Source: an uncultured Candidatus Rokubacteria bacterium
GTDB lineage: Bacteria > Methylomirabilota > Methylomirabilia > Rokubacteriales > DASRDR01
Assembly (NCBI GenBank): GCA_963826115.1
Contig: CAWGVS010000006.1
Span: 800,001 to 864,000, forward strand
Length of the DNA: 64,000 nt
Direction of reading: 5' to 3'
Shown in pieces: positions 48,556-58,126 of this stretch. A program made the translations under genes and the position numbers. Position 1 is the first letter of the stretch; each line of letters starts with the position of its first letter. The notes under the pieces are model-generated. The model was not told the origin of the DNA. It did no database searches and saw only the letters and a program-made list of their open reading frames with translations.

Positions 48556-48668
48556 AAGTTTTCGGGATCGGCGCCGCCCGGGAGAGCAGCGGCGTCGGGA
48601 TCCGCGATTTTTCTTCCGTTTCCGGCGCCGCCCTGCGGAAGTGTTCGGCAGGGAGGGGAGGCGACCCG

Positions 48669-49229
48669 ATGGACTGCCCGACGTGCCGGTCGGCCAATCC
48701 CGACGACGCGGCCGAGTGCGGCCGCTGCGGCGCGCCCCTCCGGGTGCGAGCCTCGCGGCCTCGGCCGCTCGCGGCCTTCCCCGCCGTCGGCGCGCACATC
48801 GAAGGCTGGCTGATCGCGGGCCCGCTGGTCATCACCGACGAGGCGCTCCTCTTCTTCGTTCGCGAGATGCGGAACACCCGCGCGAACTTCACCCAGGCCG
48901 GCGTTCGGTCGGGAGGTCTGGTCGGCCTCGCGATCGGCGCCCTCGTCGACAGCGCGCGGGGACGCTACGATCTCCCGGAGAAGGTCTCGATGCGCCCGAC
49001 GGCGGAGGTGCTGGACGAGATCCGCGCCGCGGTGGCCGACGCGCCGGACATCCCGTCCTGCCGGGAGCACTTCCGGATCGAGCGCGCCGACGTCCGGAAG
49101 ATCTCCCGGGCGACGCTGGGCGGCTTGAAGGTGGAGACGGCCTGGCTGTCCTTCCGGGTCGACGGTTTCGACCGCGTCGACCGCGCCTCGGGCTTCCTGA
49201 AGCTCCGGCGCTATCCGGTGGAGGCGTAG
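48669..49229 (+). CDS. Zinc-ribbon domain protein
   Basis: MDCPTCRSANPDDAAECGRCGAPL, central GGLVGLAIGA glycine segment, GGAGG RBS. Confidence 0.75.
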   Translation: MDCPTCRSANPDDAAECGRCGAPLRVRASRPRPLAAFPAVGAHIEGWLIAGPLVITDEALLFFVREMRNTRANFTQAGVRSGGLVGLAIGALVDSARGRYDLPEKVSMRPTAEVLDEIRAAVADAPDIPSCREHFRIERADVRKISRATLGGLKVETAWLSFRVDGFDRVDRASGFLKLRRYPVEA

Positions 49230-49263
49230 CGCCGGCTTCCGCGCGCGGCGTCGTTCGCGGCGG

Positions 49264-50232
49264 TCAGGGCCGCGGTCCGGGGGCCCCGCCGGATCGGGAC
49301 GTCAGGAAGGCGCGCATCGCGGCGACCACCTGGGCGTGCTGCGACAGGACGAAGTCGACGTGGTTCCCGCCGTCGAGCTCGACGATCTCCACGTCCGCCA
49401 GCTCCCGGCGTAGCCCGGCGATCGCGGCGGTCCGGCACGGCCAGAAGTGCCGCTCGTGCCAGTCGGCGGCCCGGTGGCCGAGCGCCGGGTCCGCCAGGCG
49501 CGTCGGGAGCCACGTCGCCGGGAAGACGAACAGGGCGGGCGCCCGGAGCTTCGAGTAGTCGCGGCGATAGATGGGAGGCGTCACGTAGGTCGCCGCGACC
49601 TCGCCGAACACGCTGGGCGGCGTGGCCGGCCGGAGGCTCCCGTCAGGCTGCTGGACGACGATGTCGCGCATGTAGGCCTCCGCCGCGTCCGACCACGTCG
49701 CGCCGGCGAAGAAGGTTGCCTGCCACCATCGCCGGTAGCGGTCCAGCGAGCCGAGGGCCGTCTCGTCGGGGAAGAGATCGAGCGGCGCGCGCTCCAGCAC
49801 CTGTCGCCAGGCGGGATCGGCCCGGTCGTGCGCGCCGTCCAGATAGATGAGCGTGCGAACGCGCGCGGGATGGAGCTCCGCGAACCGCGTGAGCTCGCGG
49901 CCGCCGAGGGACCAGCCGGCCAGGTGGACGGCGCCGAGCCCCAGGGCGTCGAGGAGCTGCCGCAGGTCCTCCGCCAGCGTGTCGGCGTCGTAGGGCGACC
50001 GGGCCTCGGAGCGGCCGTGGCCCCGCCGCGCGTACGCGATCACGCGCCACCGGTCCCGGAGGGCCGGGGCGAGGTCGTCGAAGTAGTGCGGGGTGTCTCC
50101 GAGCCCGTGGATCAGCACCAGGGCCTCGCCGGAGCCGCCCCAGTCGAGGTACTGGAGCCGCACCCCGTTGACGGTGACGAAGTGGCTCGCGTGCGGCGAC
50201 GGATCCGTCCACTCGTCAGCCCGGCGGTCCAC
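49264..50232 (-). CDS. Alpha/beta hydrolase
   Basis: YLDWGGSG, HGLGD, RGHGRS, GWSLGG, NH. GTG start at 50232. Confidence 0.88.
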   Translation of the reverse strand: MDRRADEWTDPSPHASHFVTVNGVRLQYLDWGGSGEALVLIHGLGDTPHYFDDLAPALRDRWRVIAYARRGHGRSEARSPYDADTLAEDLRQLLDALGLGAVHLAGWSLGGRELTRFAELHPARVRTLIYLDGAHDRADPAWRQVLERAPLDLFPDETALGSLDRYRRWWQATFFAGATWSDAAEAYMRDIVVQQPDGSLRPATPPSVFGEVAATYVTPPIYRRDYSKLRAPALFVFPATWLPTRLADPALGHRAADWHERHFWPCRTAAIAGLRRELADVEIVELDGGNHVDFVLSQHAQVVAAMRAFLTSRSGGAPGPRP

Positions 50233-50255
50233 GGCGGATCCTTCGATCGGGCCGG

Positions 50256-52226
50256 CTAGAGGCGGCGGGCGGCGCGGGTGCCCTCGAGGAGCGCGTCGTG
50301 GAGGAGCCGCGGCGCCAGCGCGTCGCCGACGAGCGCGAGCTCGGGCACCTTGCCCTTGAGCGCCGCGTGGAGGCCGTCGACGGCGCGCCCGCCATAGGCG
50401 AGGACGACCGTGTCGACGCCGTCGAGCGCGAGGGGACGGTCCGAGTACTCGTTCACCGCCAGCACCCGGAGCTTGCCTGGGCCGCCGGATTCGATGGCCC
50501 GGAGCGCCGTGTCGACGAGCATCGTCACGTCGCGCTGGTAGAGCCGCTCGTAGAGCGGCTCCTTCGTCGAGCCTTCCGTGTTGTCGCACACGGTGTGGTA
50601 CTGGGTGACGATCGTGACCGCGCGGCCCTGGACCGCGAGGAAGTCGGCGGCGAGGCCGGCCTGGACGCGCCCCGTGCCGTCGACGACGACGACCCGTGGG
50701 CCGGCGACGGTCGCGCCGGACAGGATGTCCTCGACGGTCACGACCCCGGGCAGGTCGGCGCCGGGAACCACGGGCCGGCGCGGCACCGCGCCGGTCGCGA
50801 CGACGACCGCGTCAGGCCGGTCGGCGAGGACGCGCTCCGCGGTCGCCTCCGTCTCGAGCCGCACGGCCGCGCTCGTCATCCGGAGCTGGCGCACGAGCCA
50901 CTCCACCGACTGGCCGTAGCCCGGCCGGAGCGGCGCCCGCGCGGCGACCAGCACCTGGCCGCCGAGGGCGCCGGACCGCTCGTAGAGGATCACCTCGTGA
51001 CCCCGGAGCGCGGCGACGCGCGCCGCCTCCAGCCCGGCCGGTCCGCCGCCGACCACGACCACGCGCCGGGGCGTCACGGCGGGGACGAGCTCCGCGAGCT
51101 CGGCCTCGCGGCCGGTCACCGGATTCTGCGAGCACGAGAGCGTGAGCCCGCGGCTCGACCGGCCGAGGCAGCCCTCCTGCATGCCGACGCAGAAGCGGAC
51201 GTCGTCGAGCCGGCCGTCGGCGGCCTTCCGCGGCATCCAGGGATCGGCCATCAGGGCGCGGGTCATCGCGACCAGGTCGCAGGCCCCCTCGGCGAGGAGC
51301 CGCTCGGCGTGGCGCGGGTCGGTCACGCGCCCCGCGTAGATCACGGCCGCCCGCACCTCCTTCTTGATGCGCGCCGCGAAGGAGGCGTAGAGCCCGGGCG
51401 CCGTGTCGGCGAAGGGCATCAGCTTCTGGTGGTAGCGCGGCGTCTCGCCGGTCGAGCCGGAGACCGTGAAGTAGTCGAGCTGGTCGAGACTGTCGAGCGC
51501 GCGGACGATCTCGACGACGTCCTCGAGGTGGAGGCCGTCGGGGATCAGCTCGTCGCCGCTGACGCGCAGACCGAGGATGAAGTCGCGCCCCACGGCGGCC
51601 CGGATCGCGCCGATGACCTCGACCGAGAACCGGAGCCGGTTCTCGAAGCTCCCGCCGTACTCGTCGGTGCGCCGGTTCACCGACGGCACCCAGAACTGGT
51701 CGATCAGGTGGCGGGCGAACGCGCAGAGATCGGCCCCGTCGAACCCCGCGCGCTGGAGGCGCCGCGCCGCGGCGGCGTACGCGGCCACGATCTCGGCGAT
51801 CTCGCTCCGGTCGAGCGCGTGGGGGATCTCGCGGTTCTCGGTCTCGGGGACGTCGGACGCCGACACGAGCGGCCGCTCGCCGGGCGCCGAGAACCCGCGG
51901 CGCCCGCGGTGCGTGATCTGGGACATCACGTGGGCGCCCTCGCCGTGGATCGCGCGCGCGAAGGTCTCGAAGGTCGGGAGGGAGGAGTCGTCCCAGTTCT
52001 TGATGCCGTTCCAGTCGAGGACGGGACTCGACGGGTGGACGCTCGCGCTCCCGAAGCACTGGATCAGGCCCGCGCCGCCCCGCGCCTTCTCCTGATGGTA
52101 GCGGGTGTAGCGCTCGGTGATGTAACCGTCCTTCCCGAACCGCGTCGCGTGGGGCGTGCTGACGATCCGGTTCCGGAGGGTGACGTGGCCGAGCCGGAAA
52201 GGCGTGAACAGGCGCTCGAAGGTCAT
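50256..52226 (-). CDS. NADH:flavin oxidoreductase (OYE + Fe-S + FAD; DgcA/2,4-dienoyl-CoA reductase-like)
   Basis: LRNRIV, KARGG, AGFDG, NRRTDEYGGSFENR, CVGMQEGC...CSQNP, GGGPAG. Confidence 0.9.
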   Translation of the reverse strand: MTFERLFTPFRLGHVTLRNRIVSTPHATRFGKDGYITERYTRYHQEKARGGAGLIQCFGSASVHPSSPVLDWNGIKNWDDSSLPTFETFARAIHGEGAHVMSQITHRGRRGFSAPGERPLVSASDVPETENREIPHALDRSEIAEIVAAYAAAARRLQRAGFDGADLCAFARHLIDQFWVPSVNRRTDEYGGSFENRLRFSVEVIGAIRAAVGRDFILGLRVSGDELIPDGLHLEDVVEIVRALDSLDQLDYFTVSGSTGETPRYHQKLMPFADTAPGLYASFAARIKKEVRAAVIYAGRVTDPRHAERLLAEGACDLVAMTRALMADPWMPRKAADGRLDDVRFCVGMQEGCLGRSSRGLTLSCSQNPVTGREAELAELVPAVTPRRVVVVGGGPAGLEAARVAALRGHEVILYERSGALGGQVLVAARAPLRPGYGQSVEWLVRQLRMTSAAVRLETEATAERVLADRPDAVVVATGAVPRRPVVPGADLPGVVTVEDILSGATVAGPRVVVVDGTGRVQAGLAADFLAVQGRAVTIVTQYHTVCDNTEGSTKEPLYERLYQRDVTMLVDTALRAIESGGPGKLRVLAVNEYSDRPLALDGVDTVVLAYGGRAVDGLHAALKGKVPELALVGDALAPRLLHDALLEGTRAARRL

Positions 52227-52293
52227 GGGATGCCTCGTGGCCCTGGAGCATACCAGGAACCGCGGCCCGTGAGGCGCGGCGGGCCGGCCGTGC

Positions 52294-53130
52294 TCAGCGC
52301 GGCGCGCAGGGCGGGACGCAGCGCGCGCCCCGGGCGTCGACCAGCACGACGTCCACCGGGCCCCCGACGTGGCGGTCGGCGTCCCGGTAGAGCCGCTCGT
52401 CCTCGCCGATGCCGGCCTCGATCACGCGGCGGACATGTTCCGCGAGCTTCGCAGGCTCCTGGACGCCTGCCGCGTACATCGCGCTCGCGCGCGCGTACGG
52501 GCTCGCCGCGAAGAAGGCGTCGAGGGCGCGGGGCCACGCCACGGCGCCGCGTGGCGGCGCCGCCAGCCGCGCGGTCCACCGGTCCTCGATGTCGAGAGAG
52601 CCGAGCGTGGCCCGGCCTCCCGCCACGTAGGCGACGAGCAGCGTGAGCCGCGCCACCCTCAGGCGGATCCGGGCCGCGGCGTCGGCGGGATCCCTCGCGA
52701 GCGCTCGCCTCGCCGGCACCCGGACGGCCTGGAGCCGCTCCTGGAGGTCCGGACGCAGACGCTCGACGATCGCGTCGAAGCTCAGGCGCGACGCGTCGAG
52801 GGGGGCGATCAGCCGGCGGACGTGCTCCAGGGTGTCCTGCTCGGGGCCGAGCGAGGCGATGCCCGCGACGGCGACCGCGAGCGGCAGGGAGTCGTGCACG
52901 GCGATCTTCGGCCGGCGGCCCTGGCGCTCGGCGAGCGGGTCGTCGACCTTCGGCAGGGCGTTGATCCAGAGGCGGTCCGCACCCAGGACGACGAAGCTGG
53001 TCCGCGGCACGCCCATGATGATCGTGCCCGTCCGCACTGGCGGCTCGGGCCACAGGCACACGTGGTGGACGCCGACGAGCGCCAGGATGGCGAGCCCGGC
53101 CACGATCGCGCCGCGCATCATGTGGATCAT
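52294..53130 (-). CDS. Signal/anchor-bearing hypothetical protein with proteasome-beta-like Ntn-hydrolase signature
   Basis: Hydrophobic N-terminus, then RTG-TIIMGVPRTSFVVLGADR...KI...AVAG and C-terminal VGGPVDVVLVDARG. Confidence 0.6.
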   Translation of the reverse strand: MIHMMRGAIVAGLAILALVGVHHVCLWPEPPVRTGTIIMGVPRTSFVVLGADRLWINALPKVDDPLAERQGRRPKIAVHDSLPLAVAVAGIASLGPEQDTLEHVRRLIAPLDASRLSFDAIVERLRPDLQERLQAVRVPARRALARDPADAAARIRLRVARLTLLVAYVAGGRATLGSLDIEDRWTARLAAPPRGAVAWPRALDAFFAASPYARASAMYAAGVQEPAKLAEHVRRVIEAGIGEDERLYRDADRHVGGPVDVVLVDARGARCVPPCAPR

Positions 53131-53291
53131 TCGGTGCAAGAGCGCTGCCTCGCGGGTGGGCCTGACAGCCGCCAATGGACCGGGCCCGCCGGTCCGGTCC
53201 GGACGACAGGCCGTCGCCCCCCTGACGGCCTGTCCCCGCCGCGACGCTGAAGGCTCGCCGCCCGGCGCGGGACATTCGCTATGCTCGGAGC

Positions 53292-54608
53292 ATGGGCCCG
53301 GCGAAGGCGGAGCGCGCGGTCCTCCAGGTGGCGGGCCGCGAGGTCACGATCACCAACCCGGGGAAGGTCTACTTCCCCGAGGCAGGGATCACCAAGCTCG
53401 ACGTCGCGCAGTACTACGTCGCCGTGGCCGACGGCGCCCTCCGTGGCGCGGGCGGCCGGCCGAACGTGCTGGTCCGCTACGCCGACGGCATCCACGGCGA
53501 GTTCTTCTACCAGAAGCGGGCGCCGCGCGAGCGCCCGGACTGGGTGGAGGGCGTCGAGCTCCGCTTCCCGTCCGGCGGCGTCGCCGAGGAGGTCGTGCCC
53601 CGCGACGCCGCCACGCTCGCCTGGATGGCGAACCTCGGCTGCCTCGAGCTTCACCCGCATCCGGTGCGCGCGGAGGACCTCGAGCATCCGGACGAGCTCC
53701 GGATCGACCTGGATCCGGTCCCGGGCGTCGAGTGGACACAGATCGTCGCCGTCGCGCGTGTCGCGCGCGAGGCGCTGGCCGACTTCGGCCTGGTGGGGTG
53801 GCCGAAGACGTCGGGCTCGCGCGGCATCCACGTCAACGTGCGGATCCACCCCCGCTGGGGTTTCGGGGAGGTGCGGCGCGCGGCGCTCGCGTTCGCGCGC
53901 GAGGTCGAGCGCCGGGCGCCGACGCTCGCCACCAGCAAGTGGTGGAAGGAGGAGCGCCACGGGGTCTTCCTCGACTACAACCAGAACGCGAAGGACCGCA
54001 CGGTCTGCAGCGCCTACTCGGTGCGCCCGAAGCCGGACGCGCGCGTCTCGGCCCCCGTGACGTGGGAGGAGCTCGAGGCGTGCGACCCGGGCGACTTCAC
54101 GCTCCGCACGATGCCGGCGCGGTTCGCCGCGATCGGGGACCGGCACGCCACGATCGACGACCACGCGCGCTCGCTCGAGGCGCTGCTGGAGCTCTCCACC
54201 GCGCACGAGCGGGACGGGCTTGGCGACGCGCCGTGGCCGCCCCACTACCGGAAGCAGCCGGGGGAGCCGGAGCGAGTCGCGCCGTCCAAGCGGAAGAGCG
54301 GCGCGAGCGCCGGCGGCCGCCGCGCGTCGACGAAGCCCCTCGTCGAGATCGGGCGCGCGGACCGGAAGGAGGACGCGCTCGCGGGGCTCGAGCGCTGGAA
54401 GGCGCGCCACCCGGAGGTCGTCACGCACCTCCAGCCCGCGGACGTCCTGGTCGACTCGATGCGCGGCCGGTCGACGACGTGGACCCGCATCCGCGTGAAT
54501 CTCGAGCACGTGCCCGAGGCGCTCCGGCCGGCGCAGGAGCCCCTCGATCCCGACGGAGGACCGTCGTGGGCGCGGGCGGCGGGCCGTCCGGATCCGCCCG
54601 AGCGCTGA
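53292..54608 (+). CDS. Stand-alone LigD-type primase-polymerase (Prim-PolC-like)
   Basis: TNPGKVYFP, RYADG, FFYQKR, DELRIDLDP, KTSGSRGIH, WWKEER, FLDYNQN, AYSVR. Confidence 0.9.
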   Translation: MGPAKAERAVLQVAGREVTITNPGKVYFPEAGITKLDVAQYYVAVADGALRGAGGRPNVLVRYADGIHGEFFYQKRAPRERPDWVEGVELRFPSGGVAEEVVPRDAATLAWMANLGCLELHPHPVRAEDLEHPDELRIDLDPVPGVEWTQIVAVARVAREALADFGLVGWPKTSGSRGIHVNVRIHPRWGFGEVRRAALAFAREVERRAPTLATSKWWKEERHGVFLDYNQNAKDRTVCSAYSVRPKPDARVSAPVTWEELEACDPGDFTLRTMPARFAAIGDRHATIDDHARSLEALLELSTAHERDGLGDAPWPPHYRKQPGEPERVAPSKRKSGASAGGRRASTKPLVEIGRADRKEDALAGLERWKARHPEVVTHLQPADVLVDSMRGRSTTWTRIRVNLEHVPEALRPAQEPLDPDGGPSWARAAGRPDPPER

Positions 54609-54612
54609 GGGA

Positions 54613-55692
54613 CTATCCGGGCGCGGCGAGGCCGAAGATCCCGGCCAGCTCGGCGGGCGCCGTGACCTCGAGCTGGTCGTAGCGACACGCGGCCGGCGGC
54701 TTGTCCGGGCGCCACCGCACGAACGTGGCGGCGTGGCGGAAGCGGTCGCCCTGCAGGTGGTCGTAGGCGACCTCGCAGACGCGCTCGATCCGGAGCGGCT
54801 CCCAGGAGAGATCCTTGCCCTGGTTCCACCGGCTCTGCGCACCGGGCATCCGCACCGCGTCCGCCTCGGCCGCACCGCCCCACTCGCGCCACGGGTGGCC
54901 GTCGAGCGCGTGCTCCCGGAAGGGCGCGAGCTCGTCCGCGAGCCGGCGCCGCGCGGCCGCGGTGAAGGACGACGTGAAGCCGACGTGGTGGAGCCCACCG
55001 GCCTCGTCGTAGAGCCCGAGGAGGAGGGAGCCGACCAGCTCACCCGGGCCGGTCTTGTGCCAGCGGAAGCCGCCGACCACGCAGTCGGCGGTGCGGGTGT
55101 GCTTGACCTTGACCATCGCGCGCTTGCCGGGCTGGTAGGTCGTGCTCTCGTGCTTGGCGATGACGCCGTCGAGGCCCGCGCCCTCGAAGCGGTGGAACCA
55201 GTCCCGGGCGACCGCGCGGTCCCGCGAGCACGGGGTGAGGTGGATCGGGCCGCCGGCGTGCGCGAGGGCTCGCTCCAGCCGGGCGCGGCGCTCGGTCTGG
55301 GGTCGTCCACGGAGGTCCTCGTCGCCCTCCGCCAGGAGGTCGAAGGCGACGAACGACGACGGCGTCTCGGCCGCGAGCTTCGCCACGCGCGACGCGGCGG
55401 GGTGCAGGCGCATCTGGAGGGCGTCGAAGTCGAGGCCCTTCGCGGTGGCGATCACGATCTCGCCGTCGACGACGCACCGCGGCGGCAAGACCGCGCGGAG
55501 CGGGGCGGCCAGCTCGGGGAAGTACCGATCGAGCGGCTTCAGGTCCCGGCTCTGGAGGTAGACGCGGTCGCCGTCGCGGAACACGAGCGCGCGGAACCCG
55601 TCCCACTTCGGCTCGAAGAGCCACCCCTCGCCGTCCGGCAGCTCGTGTGCGAGCTTCGCCAGCATCGGCTCGACGGGCGGCTCGAGGATCAC
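54613..55692 (-). CDS. ligC: ATP-dependent DNA ligase, LigC type
   Basis: [65 protein letters not shown]. Confidence 0.85.
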   Translation of the reverse strand: MILEPPVEPMLAKLAHELPDGEGWLFEPKWDGFRALVFRDGDRVYLQSRDLKPLDRYFPELAAPLRAVLPPRCVVDGEIVIATAKGLDFDALQMRLHPAASRVAKLAAETPSSFVAFDLLAEGDEDLRGRPQTERRARLERALAHAGGPIHLTPCSRDRAVARDWFHRFEGAGLDGVIAKHESTTYQPGKRAMVKVKHTRTADCVVGGFRWHKTGPGELVGSLLLGLYDEAGGLHHVGFTSSFTAAARRRLADELAPFREHALDGHPWREWGGAAEADAVRMPGAQSRWNQGKDLSWEPLRIERVCEVAYDHLQGDRFRHAATFVRWRPDKPPAACRYDQLEVTAPAELAGIFGLAAPG

Positions 55693-56564
55693 CGGGGGCG
55701 CCGTGCGGCGATGCGCCCCTCGGCCGAGGCCCAGCCCGCGTCGAAGTGGAGACCCCGCTCGTCCAGGTCGATCACGAGCGGCGTGTGATCGGACGGCGTG
55801 GGCTTGCCCTTGCGCGTCTCGCGGTCGATCTCCGTCCAGACGACGCGGGCGGCGACCGGGCGCGACACGAGGAGGTGGTCGATGCGCATCCCGTAGTTCT
55901 TGTGGAAGTTGCCGGCCCGGTAGTCCCACCACGTGTAGCGCTCGGGCTCCGGGTGCTGCTGGCGGTAGATGTCGACGAAGCCCCACTCGAGGAGGCGCGC
56001 GAAGGCCTTCCGCTCCGGCTCCGAGACGTGCGTGCCCCCGTGGCACGCCGCGGGGTCCCAGACGTCGATGTCCGCCGGCGCCACGTTCAGGTCCCCGCCG
56101 AGGACCACCGGGTCGCCCGGCTTCGCGGCCGACTCGAGCCAGCGCGAGAGACGATCGAACCACACGAGCTTCGCCTGGTAGAAGACCGAGTCGACGGTCC
56201 GGCCGTTCGGCGCGTAGACGCTGACGACGCGGATGCCGCCGCACGACGCGGCGATCATCCGCGCCTCGGCGAGGGGCTCGTCGTCCCCCTCGTCCCCGGT
56301 CTTCGCCGGCCGGAGGGGCTCGCCGAAGTTCGTCACGACGTCCGCGATGCCGACGCGGCTCGCGATCGCCACGCCGTTCCACCGCCCCTCGCCGTGGTGC
56401 GCCAGCTCGTAGCCGGCGTCCTGGAACACGTCGGCGGGGACGTCGCCGTCCGCGAGCTTCGTCTCCTGCATGAGGAGGACGTCCGGCCGGGCGCGGACGA
56501 GCCATCCGCTCACGCGCTCGAGACGGGCCTTCAGCGAGTTGACGTTCCAGGTCGCGATGCGCAT
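55689..56564 (-). CDS. xth: Exodeoxyribonuclease III
   Basis: ATWNVNS, QETK, NGVAI, YAPNG, GDLN, TWWDYR, RIDH, SDH. Confidence 0.93.
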   Translation of the reverse strand: MRIATWNVNSLKARLERVSGWLVRARPDVLLMQETKLADGDVPADVFQDAGYELAHHGEGRWNGVAIASRVGIADVVTNFGEPLRPAKTGDEGDDEPLAEARMIAASCGGIRVVSVYAPNGRTVDSVFYQAKLVWFDRLSRWLESAAKPGDPVVLGGDLNVAPADIDVWDPAACHGGTHVSEPERKAFARLLEWGFVDIYRQQHPEPERYTWWDYRAGNFHKNYGMRIDHLLVSRPVAARVVWTEIDRETRKGKPTPSDHTPLVIDLDERGLHFDAGWASAEGRIAARRPR

Positions 56565-56729
56565 GGGTCCAGGGTACCGCGGGTCAGGCGTCGGATTCGA
56601 CTCCCGACACCGGCACGGGCACGCCACACCTCCGTCGCCCCGCGGGTCCGACGACGTGGCGCCGAGGTCCGGATCGATCTATGTTGGGCGAGAGTGAGAG
56701 GGGGCCGCAGAGTCGAAGGAGGGAGACCC

Positions 56730-57878
56730 ATGTCGATCCGAACGCTCGGCGGCGTGACCGTCGCCGGCGTGCTGGTGGTCAGCATGATCCAGCCCGCCCG
56801 GGCTCAGGCGCCCCAGTCACCGACGCCGGCGCCCAGCAACGGCGTCGTGCGCGCCGAGACCGTCGCGCGGGGGCTCGAGCATCCCTGGGGGCTGGCCTTC
56901 CTGTCCGACGGCCGCATGCTCGTCACCGAGCGTTCGGGGCGGCTCCGCCTCGTCGATCGAGGGGGCCGGCTGTCCGATCCCATCCGGGGCGTGCCGGAGG
57001 TGGCGGCGCGAGGCCAGGGCGGCCTGCTCGACGTCGTGCTCGATCCCCGCTTTGCCGAGAATCGCTGGGTGTACCTCTCCTACGCGGAGCCGGGGCCTGG
57101 CGGTACCGCCGGGACCGCGGTCGCGCGGGGCCGGCTCGGCGAGGGGCGCCTCGAGGACGTTCGCGTGATCTACCAGCAGCCGTGGAAGGTCGAGGGGGAA
57201 AACCACTTCGGCTCCCGCCTCGTCTTCGCGCGCGATGGCACGTTGTTCGTCACGCAGGGCGACCGGTACGCTCATCGCGATCGGGCACAGGACCTCTCGG
57301 TCGGCTTCGGCAAGATCGTGCGGATCAATCCGGACGGCTCGGTGCCTCGGGACAACCCGTTTGTCGGCCGCGCCGATGCGCGCCCCGAGATCTGGTCCTA
57401 TGGGCACCGCAACGTGCAAGGCGCCGCCCTCGACCCTCGGACCGGGCAGCTCTGGACGGCGGAGCACGGCGCGCGCGGCGGGGACGAGCTGAACCACCCG
57501 GAGGCCGGCAAGAACTACGGCTGGCCCGTCATCACCTACGGTGTGGACTACTCGGGCGCGAAGATCGGCGAGGGCACGGCAAAGCCCGGCATGGAGCAGC
57601 CGGTGTACTACTGGGATCCCGTGATCGCGCCGTCCGGCATGACCTTCTACACGGGCGACGCGGTGCCCGGCTGGAAGGGCAGCATCCTGATTGGCTCGCT
57701 GAGGCCGGGGCTCCTCGTCCGGCTGACGCTCGCGGATGGGCGCGTCGCGCGGGAGGAGCGGCACCTGGCTGACCTGAGGGAGCGAATCCGCGACGTGCGC
57801 CAGGGTCCTGACGGGTTCGTCTATCTTCTGACGGACAGCCGGGACGGGCAGATCCTCCGCGTCATGCCGGCGCGCTGA
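56730..57878 (+). CDS. PQQ-dependent sugar dehydrogenase (YliI/Asd family), signal peptide
   Basis: [57 protein letters not shown]. Confidence 0.92.
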   Translation: MSIRTLGGVTVAGVLVVSMIQPARAQAPQSPTPAPSNGVVRAETVARGLEHPWGLAFLSDGRMLVTERSGRLRLVDRGGRLSDPIRGVPEVAARGQGGLLDVVLDPRFAENRWVYLSYAEPGPGGTAGTAVARGRLGEGRLEDVRVIYQQPWKVEGENHFGSRLVFARDGTLFVTQGDRYAHRDRAQDLSVGFGKIVRINPDGSVPRDNPFVGRADARPEIWSYGHRNVQGAALDPRTGQLWTAEHGARGGDELNHPEAGKNYGWPVITYGVDYSGAKIGEGTAKPGMEQPVYYWDPVIAPSGMTFYTGDAVPGWKGSILIGSLRPGLLVRLTLADGRVAREERHLADLRERIRDVRQGPDGFVYLLTDSRDGQILRVMPAR

Positions 57879-58126
57879 CGCGGCGGAGCTCGAGGCTCGG
57901 CCGCCGCGGCTGCCGGGCGCGCTGCGCCGGCTGTCCAGCTGACCCGCGGGATTCCCGCCAGGGGCACGGGCTGCCAGCCGTAAACCATCGCGACGCAACG
58001 CGGATTGCGGGCCCAACGAGATTGGCGCTTCGGGCACTCGCCTCCCGTAAAATCAAAGGTCCCAGAATCTCGCTGGAACCGGGCTCGCCAGTCTTCCAGG
58101 GAGGCCCGTGTCAGAGGGGCGACACG

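Noticed and set aside
40284-52226. Proline-betaine catabolic pathway linking the enolase-family enzyme and the flavin oxidoreductase
   Set aside because: The genes are about 9 kb apart with unrelated genes between them, and substrates cannot be assigned by eye.
53292-55692. Classical Ku-LigD NHEJ operon
   Set aside because: There is no Ku gene or phosphoesterase domain, and the ligase and polymerase motifs are of the LigC/Prim-PolC type.
57900-58126. Possible c-di-GMP riboswitch upstream of the MshEN gene
   Set aside because: Only scattered fragments (AAACC, GACGCAA) are present, without the GNRA stem and conserved spacing. An Infernal/Rfam scan would be needed.
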